Numbered from the stretch's first letter, positions 30,680 to 38,748 are shown. The stretch: 64,000 nucleotides of DNA from an uncultured Candidatus Entotheonella sp. (GCA_965215335.1 CBDCDA010000001.1:2016001-2080000), one strand, 5' to 3'. The notes: generated by a model not told the origin, from the letters alone. Translations and numbers: made by a program.

Positions 30680-31488
30680 TGTCAGCACTGCTGGAGATGC
30701 GGGACCTGACCTTCGCGTACCAGGACCGCGCGGTGCTCTCCCAAGTGACCTTTTCCATTGGCGCGCGGGAGGTCGTCGGGCTCGTCGGTCCCAACGGCAG
30801 CGGCAAGTCGACCCTGTTGCGCCTGGCTCTGGGCCTGCTCGCAACGGGTCACGGCGAGTTGCGGGTCGTCGGCACCCCTATCGCGACGCTGTCGAGAAAG
30901 GCCCTGGCGCGGCACACCGCATTCGTGCCGCAGGACACGGTGATGGAGATTGCCTTCACGGTCCGGGACGTCGTGGCCATGGGACGACACCCGCATCTGG
31001 GGCGTTTCCAGCCCGAAACGCCGGCGGACGGGACGGCGATCCAATGGGCTCTTGAGGCCACGGCAACCCAGGCGCTGTCCGAGCGTACCCTGCAGGAACT
31101 CTCCGGCGGCGAACGCCAGCGGGTGGTTCTGGCCCGGGCGCTGGCGCAGCAGGCCACCATCCTGCTGCTCGACGAACCGACCGCAAACCTCGACGTGGCG
31201 CACCAGTTGGAGATGCTCATGCTGGTGCGAGCCGTGGTCCGGGAAGGGCGCTGCGCCCTGATCGCTATTCACGACCTCGCCCTGGCGGCGCGTTTCTGCG
31301 ACCGCATCGTCATGTTGTCGGAGGGGGCTGTCGTGGCGCAAGGCACGCCGCGGGAGGTGATCACCGAGGCGCATCTGGCGCGCTATTTCCGCCTCCAGGC
31401 CAAGGTGCGCTGGGAGCCGGAACTCGGCGGGCTGCTGGTGCTGCCGCGCGCGCCGTTGCCGGAGCGGGGGTTCTTGCAACAGTCGTGA
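30679..31488 (+). CDS. btuD: Cobalamin/iron-chelate ABC ATPase
   Basis: GPNGSGKST, LSGGERQRV, LLLDEPTANLD, IHDLALA; TGATG overlap. Confidence 0.92.
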   Translation: MSALLEMRDLTFAYQDRAVLSQVTFSIGAREVVGLVGPNGSGKSTLLRLALGLLATGHGELRVVGTPIATLSRKALARHTAFVPQDTVMEIAFTVRDVVAMGRHPHLGRFQPETPADGTAIQWALEATATQALSERTLQELSGGERQRVVLARALAQQATILLLDEPTANLDVAHQLEMLMLVRAVVREGRCALIAIHDLALAARFCDRIVMLSEGAVVAQGTPREVITEAHLARYFRLQAKVRWEPELGGLLVLPRAPLPERGFLQQS

Positions 31489-31535
31489 TACAATCTCCCG
31501 AATCCTCTCCCGAACCCTATGGCTCTGGAGGATCT

Positions 31536-31973
31536 ATGCGGAAGATATGGACCTGGATCAAGGACAACGCAGGACCCATGACGGTAACCGTCGCCATCCT
31601 GGGCGGATTCGCCGGAATCATGCAATTCAGCGTCGTCAGGCCAATCCACCAACGCTTCGACGCCCAAGATAAGTACATCAACCAGCGCTTTGATGCTCAG
31701 GACAAGCGCATTGACGATCTGAGAGCGGATATGAACCAGCGCTTCAACACCCAGGACAAGTACTTCAACCAGCGTATCGACGACCAAAACAGATCCATCA
31801 ACCAGCGCTTCGATACCGTCGACCAGCGCTTCGATGCCCAGGACAGACGCATCGAGGAACTTGCCAAAGATATCTCCGAACTCCGCAAGCTCAACGAGCG
31901 CGTCTCCCGGAACGAAACACGAATCGACACCCTCACGGAGCAATTGCAGGCCGCCGAAGCGCCCTCGCCCTAG
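31536..31973 (+). CDS. Membrane-anchored coiled-coil protein with 11-residue QRFD repeats
   Basis: GGAGG RBS, N-terminal TM helix, then QRFDAQDKYIN / QRFDAQDKRID / QRFNTQDKYFN / QRIDDQNRSIN / QRFDTVD / QRFDAQD. Confidence 0.8.
   Translation: MRKIWTWIKDNAGPMTVTVAILGGFAGIMQFSVVRPIHQRFDAQDKYINQRFDAQDKRIDDLRADMNQRFNTQDKYFNQRIDDQNRSINQRFDTVDQRFDAQDRRIEELAKDISELRKLNERVSRNETRIDTLTEQLQAAEAPSP
31648..31856 (+). repeat. Degenerate 33-bp (and 21-bp) coding repeats
   Basis: Recurring ACCAGCGCTT(C/T)GA.GC.CA.GA.AAG units. Confidence 0.8.
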
Positions 31974-32045
31974 ACCGGACACAAGCCCACCTGACGCCGC
32001 CAGAACGCTCCAGTCCAATTCGGCGTACTCTGACGAGCCGTCACG

Positions 32046-32855
32046 TCAAGCGCCTTTCGACAAAAGCCTGGGGAATGCCGGATTACGCTGCGCTAATCCG
32101 ACCTGCAGGGCAACGATGTCGGCGTAGGTGACGTAGATCGGGGAGGAGCGTTTCGCGTGGACGCCATCGTTGTCGCTGACGGGGGGAATTTCTCGTTGGA
32201 CGACTTGTCCTGGCCGTGCCTGGATGGGCGAGGTGAACATCGGGCCGTCGATGACGCAGGTGTGGAACTCGCCGTTTTCGCCCAAGGGGTCGATACCGCC
32301 GGGAAGGTCGGCGAGGAATTGGCGGTCGAACCATCTGCCCACCATGTCGCTCGGCAGCCTGACGTCGCCGGCGGTGATGATGGCGCGTACCCCGGCGGCG
32401 ATCATCGTTTCGGCCAGTTGGGAGGTATCGCTGCCCCAGACCGGGAAGAGCGGGGTGAAGCCGGTGCCGCTGAGCTTGTCTTCCCGGTAGCGTCGGACGT
32501 CCGCCAGGAACAGGTCGCCGAACGCGAGATGCGCCGCCGTCTGGTGTTCCGGCAGTGCCTGGACCCGATCCAGAAACGCCTGCATGGCGGTTTCGTACTG
32601 CGCGTTGGTGCATGGCGATGGGATAGTGATCTCGTAGAGCGGCAGGCCAAGCCGTTCGGACTGCAGCTTCAGAACCCAGCGCGGCGTGGAGTGGATGGCG
32701 ATGCGGTCGAAAGTCTCGGTGACGGTGGTAAAGATGCCGCGCACCTCGTACCGTTCGGGTTGCTGACGGAGCATATGCAGTGCCCAGGCGGAGTCTTTGC
32801 CGGAAGACCAGGAGACCATGACGGGCACGGGAGCGGGTGGATTGGCGGCGTTCAT
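32046..32855 (-). CDS. Dph6/MJ0570-like PP-loop ATP pyrophosphatase
   Basis: SWSSGKDS (PP-loop), FGDLFL.DVRRYRE, PLFPVW, DPLGENGEFHT.V.DGP.F. Confidence 0.9.
   Translation of the reverse strand: MNAANPPAPVPVMVSWSSGKDSAWALHMLRQQPERYEVRGIFTTVTETFDRIAIHSTPRWVLKLQSERLGLPLYEITIPSPCTNAQYETAMQAFLDRVQALPEHQTAAHLAFGDLFLADVRRYREDKLSGTGFTPLFPVWGSDTSQLAETMIAAGVRAIITAGDVRLPSDMVGRWFDRQFLADLPGGIDPLGENGEFHTCVIDGPMFTSPIQARPGQVVQREIPPVSDNDGVHAKRSSPIYVTYADIVALQVGLAQRNPAFPRLLSKGA
32077..32106. repeat. REP-like palindrome
   Basis: GCCGGATTACGCTGCGCTAATCCGACCTGC with a CGGATTA/TAATCCG stem; an 18-bp half copy lies at 32966-32983. Confidence 0.65.
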
Positions 32856-32907
32856 TGTTTCCTCTCATGCGGGTGGACGCCCCCCTCCCTTACGGAGGGA
32901 GTTGGTG

Positions 32908-32945
32908 AAGGGGAAAATCCGGGGACAAGGGGAAAACCCGGGTAC
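32908..32945. repeat. 19-bp tandem direct repeat
   Basis: AAGGGGAAAATCCGGGGAC / AAGGGGAAAACCCGGGTAC (2 mismatches). Confidence 0.8.
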
Positions 32946-32969
32946 AAACCGTCTTGGTCCGAAAGTGCG

Positions 32970-33584
32970 CTAATCCGGCCTGCTTTGACCCGTCACCGCG
33001 GCGACCAGGTCCAGCAGGTTGGTGATCTGGTAGTTGGGGATGGTAACGACCTCGTCGCGACCGGCGGCCTGGACGTAGCGGCTGAAGGTGTCCGGCGCGA
33101 CGTCGCCGATGGTGTACTGGGCAAGCGGTTCCTGGCTTTCCGAACCGTAGACCAGGATGATCATGTCCGGGCTGGCAATGCCGTAGGCCTCGGCGTCCCT
33201 GGCCAGTACGAAATCGCGCTCGATGCGGGTGCGGCCGAAGGCGGCCAGGGCGAGATCGATCCGTTGCGTGAAGGCGGTATCGGCCTCGTGCTGGTGTTGT
33301 GCTGCGGGTTCAGCATCGTGCTCGTGGGTGTGATAGAACCAGGCGCCGCTGGCGTCGCGTTCAAAGCGGTGCAGGGCGCCGGCGTGGCCGATCTCGACCG
33401 CCGTCAACTGCGCCAGCGGTGCGGGCATCAGCATGCGTACCTCGCGTTCCTCGTGCTCTCCGTGCCCGTGCTCGTCTTCCTCCGGGGGGCCCAGATCGGC
33501 GCGCTCGATGATGATGACAGCCCCCACCAGCACCACGAACACCAGCCAGACGACGATCAGCCGGGAACGGCTGCCGCCCTTCAT
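32970..33584 (-). CDS. DUF4340-like membrane-anchored protein with His-rich segments
   Basis: N-terminal TM helix; YGIASP and IGDVAPD..SRYV typical of GldG partners; EDEHGHGEHEE and HTHEHD..QHQHE; ATGA overlap with the gldG-like gene. Confidence 0.75.
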   Translation of the reverse strand: MKGGSRSRLIVVWLVFVVLVGAVIIIERADLGPPEEDEHGHGEHEEREVRMLMPAPLAQLTAVEIGHAGALHRFERDASGAWFYHTHEHDAEPAAQHQHEADTAFTQRIDLALAAFGRTRIERDFVLARDAEAYGIASPDMIILVYGSESQEPLAQYTIGDVAPDTFSRYVQAAGRDEVVTIPNYQITNLLDLVAAVTGQSRPD

Positions 33585-35233
33585 CGCTGCTTCCACCAGA
33601 CGCCGATGCCGACCACGGCCAGGATGCCGGGGATGAGCACGACGGTCAGGAACAGGGTGCCCTTCATCTGTCGATTGGTGAGGTTGACGCGTGGCAGGTC
33701 GTAGGTGCGCGGCTCGATGCCGATGAGGTTCTCCTGGGCCGCCAGATAGCTCACCGTGTTGACGAACAGGGTGCCGTTTCCCAGGATATGGAAGAAGGAA
33801 TTGGTGGCGAAGTCCGAGTCGCCAACGACCGCGATGCGCGACCGTCCGGTGGGCATGGCCGCCGCGTCCCCGTTCGTGTCCTCGGTCGGCAGGGCCGGGA
33901 TGGGTGGCAGGTCCCCCTGCGACCCAAGTCGTCGAAGGGCTTCGGCGCTGCGCGGGTCCACCGGCCGGCGGCTGATGATGGCCATGATCGTGTTCGGCCC
34001 CGGCTGGTCGTTCTCGTCCAGCCCGACGCGGTCGCGCGTCGTCTCGCCGTAGCTGTTGGTGGACGAGTTGACGATCGGCATCACGCTGGTACCCGGCACG
34101 CGCCTGGGGGTCGGCGACAGCGACCGCGCGCCAGGGTAGAACGTCAGCGGCAGTTCGCGGGTTACCTGGTGATGGTTGTAGCTGGTGACCGCGGGTGACG
34201 ACACGTCAGCCCAGAAGTGCCGGGCCTCGTCGATGACGATGTTGTCGTCCAGCACCACGCCGTGGACGCGCAGCACCGGCTCCAGGCCGCTTTGCACGAA
34301 GGGATCGAGCATGAAAAAGGCGTTGCCGTTGGTGGTCAGAAAATCCCTTATCGTCGTGATCTCGGCCTCCAGCAGCGGCACCTTCGGCCCCGCCACGACC
34401 AGCACCGCACAGTCGTCGAGCGCCCCGACGCTGCCCACCAGCGAGACCTTCTCAACCTTGTAATTCAGGGCTTCCAGAGTGTTCCGCGCCTTGGCCATGC
34501 CGTGGCGCTCGTGCACGATGGTCTTGCCGCCGAGGCCGTGCGTGTGCCCGGCCTCGCCTTCCATGTGGTCGTGGGATTCGGTGCTGAAGGGGTCCGCCTC
34601 GCCGTGCCCTTCGAGGAAGCAGACGCGCTGGTTGGCATCCTGCGCGATGCGCAGGATGCCGTTGGCGATGTCGATCTCCTCGCTGCCGTGCACCTGCATG
34701 GTGCGGCCCTCGCTTTCCAGGACGGCGGTGCCGGCGAACTGCACGCCCCGCATTCGCGCCTGCGCCGGGTTGATCATCGGGTCGTAGAAGTCCACCGTCA
34801 CCAGGGACGATTGCGCGGCGATCAGCTCGTACAGCTCAGCCGTTTCGCGCAGCAGGGGATCGTGGAAGAAGACGATGTGCACCGGATTTTCGAGGCGCTC
34901 CAGCATGGCGACGGTCTGCTCGGACAGCGAGTGCAGGCCCTCGTCGGTGAGGTCGAAGCGCAGCGGGTAGAGGACCGACAGATACGCCACCACCAGCAGC
35001 ACGCCCACCGTGCCCAGGGCGTACAGCGCAATCTCCGTGCGGCGGCGGTGCAGCAGGGCGCCGATGTCGCGGCGCAGCGCCACCAGCCCCCATACCATCA
35101 GCACGGCGCCGGCGATGGCGAACGCCAGGGTCCACACCGACGGCTCCAGCAGAATGGCGTGCACGGCCAGCGCGGCCGCCAGCAAGGCGACCCCTGCCAG
35201 CAGAATGAGGCCCGAGACGAAGGAACGTTCCAT
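33581..35233 (-). CDS. GldG-family ABC auxiliary component
   Basis: RFDLT...HSLSEQT, FLEGHGE, VLVVAGP, RIAVVGDSDF, N..LF.N.VSYL, C-terminal TM helix ending WWKQR. Confidence 0.88.
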   Translation of the reverse strand: MERSFVSGLILLAGVALLAAALAVHAILLEPSVWTLAFAIAGAVLMVWGLVALRRDIGALLHRRRTEIALYALGTVGVLLVVAYLSVLYPLRFDLTDEGLHSLSEQTVAMLERLENPVHIVFFHDPLLRETAELYELIAAQSSLVTVDFYDPMINPAQARMRGVQFAGTAVLESEGRTMQVHGSEEIDIANGILRIAQDANQRVCFLEGHGEADPFSTESHDHMEGEAGHTHGLGGKTIVHERHGMAKARNTLEALNYKVEKVSLVGSVGALDDCAVLVVAGPKVPLLEAEITTIRDFLTTNGNAFFMLDPFVQSGLEPVLRVHGVVLDDNIVIDEARHFWADVSSPAVTSYNHHQVTRELPLTFYPGARSLSPTPRRVPGTSVMPIVNSSTNSYGETTRDRVGLDENDQPGPNTIMAIISRRPVDPRSAEALRRLGSQGDLPPIPALPTEDTNGDAAAMPTGRSRIAVVGDSDFATNSFFHILGNGTLFVNTVSYLAAQENLIGIEPRTYDLPRVNLTNRQMKGTLFLTVVLIPGILAVVGIGVWWKQR

Positions 35234-35234
35234 G

Positions 35235-35942
35235 TCAGCGCTGCCACTGCAGATAGCTGGTGTTGAGAACCAGGACGACGGCGCAGACGACGAGGTAGAA
35301 GATCACCGACTCGGTGCGCACCAGCCCCTGGACGAATTCCTCGAAATGGCGCGAAAACGAGAGGTAGCCGAGCACGTTCCGCCACGCATAGGACGTCTGG
35401 AAGCGCTGGGCATTGGCGATGAACCAGAAGGCCAGCAGCACCGCCACGGTGATGAGCGCCGCCACGATCTGGTTCTGTGTCAGGGCGGAGAACAACTGGC
35501 CGATCGCCAGGCAGGCCATGCCCAGGAGGATGAAGCCGATGTAGCCGGACAGGATCGTCATGCCCTCGGGGTTGCCGAACAGGTACAGCGGCACCACGTC
35601 GACCAGCGTGCCGGCGGTCATGAGCAGCAGGATGGTGACGGCGCCGGCGAATTTGCCCAGCACGATCTGCCAGGGCCGCAGCGGCAGGGTGGCCAGCAGC
35701 TCCATGGTGCGGCCGTTGTACTCGCTCGTGAACAGCCGCATGGAGACCACGGGCAGGACGAGGAGCAGCAGGATGGCCATGTTCTGGAAGGTCTCGGTCA
35801 TCCTGGCGTTGCCAGTGAGGAAGATGCTGTAGGTGAAGAAGTAGCCGGTGCCGACCAGGAACACCGCCATGACGAAGTAGGCGATGGGGGAGTGGAAATA
35901 GGTCCGCAGTTCCTTCTGATATACGGCCAGGGCGCCGTTCAT
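35235..35942 (-). CDS. ABC-2 type permease (GldF-like)
   Basis: KELRTYFHSPIAY, SMRLF..E...T.ELL.TLP....IVLGKF, SALTQNQIVAA. Confidence 0.92.
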   Translation of the reverse strand: MNGALAVYQKELRTYFHSPIAYFVMAVFLVGTGYFFTYSIFLTGNARMTETFQNMAILLLLVLPVVSMRLFTSEYNGRTMELLATLPLRPWQIVLGKFAGAVTILLLMTAGTLVDVVPLYLFGNPEGMTILSGYIGFILLGMACLAIGQLFSALTQNQIVAALITVAVLLAFWFIANAQRFQTSYAWRNVLGYLSFSRHFEEFVQGLVRTESVIFYLVVCAVVLVLNTSYLQWQR

Positions 35943-35946
35943 GCCG

Positions 35947-36873
35947 TCATCCCTCGCTCACGTATTGTAGGAAGATGTTTTCCAGCGTCGGCTCCAGCCG
36001 CCCGAGGCTGTGCAGCGGCCAGCGCGGCGCCACGGCGTGGGCGATGGCCGCCTCCACACCGTCGCGCGCTTCGATCTGGCATTCGACCTGCAGCCGGTCG
36101 CCAGCGGTTTCTACCTCCACGCTGCGCACGCCGTCCACGGACAGCAATTCCTGCCGCAGTTCGTCAGCCGGTGCCGTCACCCGCAGGCTCACGCGGTTCG
36201 TCTGCTCCAGCGCCCGCTGCAGGCCGCTCGGCGAGTCGATGGCCAGCAGCCGCCCGTTGTTGATGATGGCCACGCGCCGGCAGATCATGGTGACTTCCGA
36301 GAGGATATGGGTGCTGAACAGCACCGCGTGTTCGGCGCCAAAGGCCCGAATAATGTCGCGCGCCTCGTGCAGTTGGCCCGGATCCAGGCCGATGGTCGGC
36401 TCGTCCAGCAGCAGCACCTGCGGCTTGCCGAGCAGGGCCTGCGCCAGCCCGACGCGTTGCCGATAGCCCTTGGACAGCTTGTAGATTTCGCGCCGCACCA
36501 CGTCCTCCAGACGGCAGGCGGCGACGACGCGATCGAGCTCGGCAGCCGCCTCCGAGCGTGCGACGCCTTTGGCCTTGGCGACAAAGCGCAGGTAGGCGGT
36601 CACGTCCAGGGTGTCGTACAGCGGCGGGTGTTCCGGCAGGTAGCCGATGTGGGATGCGGCCGCGTCGTTCTGGATGGCCATGTCGTAGCCGGCCACGCTG
36701 ACGCGCCCGGAGCTGGCGGTGGTGTAGCCGGCGATCATGCGCAGCGTGGTGGTCTTGCCCGAGCCGTTAGGGCCGAGGAACCCGACGATCTCGCCCTTTT
36801 CCACCGAGAACGACAGGTCCTGGATGACGGTTCGGGAACCGTAGCGTTTGGAGACCGATTCGAGAGTAATCAT
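35947..36873 (-). CDS. ABC ATPase (GldA-like)
   Basis: GPNGSGKTT, IGYLPE.PPLY, LSKGYRQRVGLAQA, LDEPT.GLDP, STHILSEV. Confidence 0.93.
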   Translation of the reverse strand: MITLESVSKRYGSRTVIQDLSFSVEKGEIVGFLGPNGSGKTTTLRMIAGYTTASSGRVSVAGYDMAIQNDAAASHIGYLPEHPPLYDTLDVTAYLRFVAKAKGVARSEAAAELDRVVAACRLEDVVRREIYKLSKGYRQRVGLAQALLGKPQVLLLDEPTIGLDPGQLHEARDIIRAFGAEHAVLFSTHILSEVTMICRRVAIINNGRLLAIDSPSGLQRALEQTNRVSLRVTAPADELRQELLSVDGVRSVEVETAGDRLQVECQIEARDGVEAAIAHAVAPRWPLHSLGRLEPTLENIFLQYVSEG

Positions 36874-36908
36874 GCCGCACGACGTTCATGTTGGCGGGTC
36901 AATCCGGA

Positions 36909-36936
36909 GAAGACCCCTCCGCGCGGAGGGGTCTTC
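36909..36936. terminator. Perfect intergenic hairpin (terminator or mRNA-stabilising stem-loop)
   Basis: GAAGACCCCTCC-GCGC-GGAGGGGTCTTC, a 12-bp stem 11 nt after the lactonase stop; no poly-U tail. Confidence 0.7.
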
Positions 36937-36947
36937 CGGTCACCGGG

Positions 36948-37817
36948 CTATTGATACCACTTCTCGCCCATCGCCTCGTACTGCTTGATGCTGTGTCCCA
37001 GCCACAGCTGCGCATTCTCGATGTCGCGCATCATCTTCAGCCGGTCCACGGACTTGGTGTAGTCCAGGATACTGTAATTCAGGCCGGCGGGATAGCCCTC
37101 CAGGTTCTCCTCCATCCACACGGCGTCCTGGGTCAGGAGGACCGTGCCGGTGTCGGCCAACCGCACCTTCACCGACTGGTGCCCGAGGGTGTGCCCCGGA
37201 GTGCTGATGACGACCAGGCTGCCGTCGCCGAACAGGTCATAGTCGCCGTCCAGCTCGAAATAGGTGAAGTCACGCGCGTCGTCATAGTCCGCCATGACGT
37301 GCGCCCCGCCACGCTGGAACTTCTCCGGCCACCAGGCCTGGTACAGTTCCTTCTTCTGGATCACGTGGATGGCATCCGGGAACATCTCGATGTTGCCGAT
37401 GTGGTCCAGGTGCGAGTGCGAGGTGATGACGATCTTCACGTCTTCGACCTTGTAGCCGAGCTTTTCGAGCTGCTTGTCGATGACGTCCGCGCGCGTCTGG
37501 GACGGCTTCAGGAAATCACAGAGGCCCTCGAGCCAGTGGCTCGTACAGGCGCCGTCGGAAATGGCGATGTTGTTGCCGGTGTCATAGACGACCAGGCCTT
37601 TCGGGTGGTCGATGATCCACATGTTGATGGGGATCATGATGTCACGGGCGTCGGGGTAGGTCGGGATCAGACCCTGGATGTTGAAGGGACCGAACAGGCC
37701 GCTGGCCGTCCAGTAGACCTTGGGGCCGGCCGCGCCATGACTCATGGCGCCGGCCGTGGAGGCGCCGATCACGCAAACCATCGTGATCAGGGCCATGGCA
37801 ATAACAAGCTTGCGCAT
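36948..37817 (-). CDS. Secreted N-acyl homoserine lactonase-like metallo-beta-lactamase fold protein
   Basis: Signal peptide MRKLVIAMALITMVCVIGASTAGA, DTG, SHSHLDH, DLFGDG, TPGHTLGHQS, QDA, LGH; GAGGAG RBS. Confidence 0.88.
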   Translation of the reverse strand: MRKLVIAMALITMVCVIGASTAGAMSHGAAGPKVYWTASGLFGPFNIQGLIPTYPDARDIMIPINMWIIDHPKGLVVYDTGNNIAISDGACTSHWLEGLCDFLKPSQTRADVIDKQLEKLGYKVEDVKIVITSHSHLDHIGNIEMFPDAIHVIQKKELYQAWWPEKFQRGGAHVMADYDDARDFTYFELDGDYDLFGDGSLVVISTPGHTLGHQSVKVRLADTGTVLLTQDAVWMEENLEGYPAGLNYSILDYTKSVDRLKMMRDIENAQLWLGHSIKQYEAMGEKWYQ

Positions 37818-37937
37818 ACAACTCTCCTCTCTCCTTGTCTCTCCTTGAAAGTACGGGGAAAAGCGTGCCGGGTGCGGAAATCCCCCGGCACGGCTCAAGA
37901 ATCCGCGCGGTCACAGCATTCCACCATGCGGCAGTGT

Positions 37938-37967
37938 ACCTTAGCATGGCGATTTCCGGCCTGTCAA
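37938..37967 (-). promoter_or_regulatory. sigma70-type promoter for the lactonase-ABC operon
   Basis: Minus strand TTGACA-N18-TAAGGT with an extended -10 TG. Confidence 0.55.
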
Positions 37968-37995
37968 ACGCCAAAAAAATGGCGTCACATAAGGC

Positions 37996-38748
37996 TTACA
38001 GCGCTGTCATGCCACCGTCGATGACCATCTCGCTACCGGTCATGAACGACGACTCGTCGGAGGCCAGAAACAGCACGCCGCAGGCGATTTCATCGGGGTC
38101 GGCGTACCGGCCTAGCGGGGTGCGGCGCTCGGTGGCCTTCAGCCACTCCGGGTTGGACCAGCCGTGTTCGGTCATGGGCGTCTTCACCGGGCCGGGATGG
38201 ACGGAGTTGCAGCGGATGCCCTCGGCGGCGTGCTGCACCGCGGTGGACTTGGTGAGAATACGCACGGCGCCCTTGGAGGCGTTGTAGCCGGGGTGGATGT
38301 TGGTCTGGCCCACCATGCCGGAAATCGACGAGATGTTGATGATGGAGCCGCCGCCCGCCGCGCGCATCGCCGGAATGACCGCCCTGGTGCCCAGGAACAC
38401 CCCCTTGGCGTTGATCTCCATGATGCGGTCCCACTCCTCCACGGTGGCGGCGTCCCCGGCGTTCCAGCTGGCGATGCCGGCGTTGTTGACCAGAATATCG
38501 ACCTTGCCGAAGCGCGACACCGCGGTGCCGACCGTCTCGCGCCAGGCGTCCTCGTCGGTCACGTCCAGCCGCACGTAAACCGCCTCGCCACCCGCCGCCG
38601 CAATCTCGGCTTCCACCTGCCTGCCATCGTCGTCCAGGATGTCGCCGAACACGACCTTGGCGCCTTCCCGCGCAAACATCCTCGCCTCCGCCGCCCCCTG
38701 CCCGCGGGCGCCCCCGGTGATAATGGCCACCTTGCCTTGCAAGCGCAT
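37996..38748 (-). CDS. Short-chain dehydrogenase/reductase
   Basis: TGGARGQG, NNAG, NISS, YNASK, SVHPG, DGG. Confidence 0.93.
   Translation of the reverse strand: MRLQGKVAIITGGARGQGAAEARMFAREGAKVVFGDILDDDGRQVEAEIAAAGGEAVYVRLDVTDEDAWRETVGTAVSRFGKVDILVNNAGIASWNAGDAATVEEWDRIMEINAKGVFLGTRAVIPAMRAAGGGSIINISSISGMVGQTNIHPGYNASKGAVRILTKSTAVQHAAEGIRCNSVHPGPVKTPMTEHGWSNPEWLKATERRTPLGRYADPDEIACGVLFLASDESSFMTGSEMVIDGGMTAL

Noticed and set aside
31648..31856. CRISPR-like periodicity
   Set aside because: The repeats are degenerate, in frame and protein-coding, with no unique spacers or cas genes.
33581..36873. Gliding motility function for the GldA/F/G-like genes
   Set aside because: No other gld/spr/T9SS genes are in the window; the family name alone does not imply motility.
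36948..38748. SDR plus lactonase as a pyridoxal-degradation-like pair
   Set aside because: The lactonase has a signal peptide and its own predicted promoter while the SDR is cytoplasmic; no other B6 catabolic genes are present.
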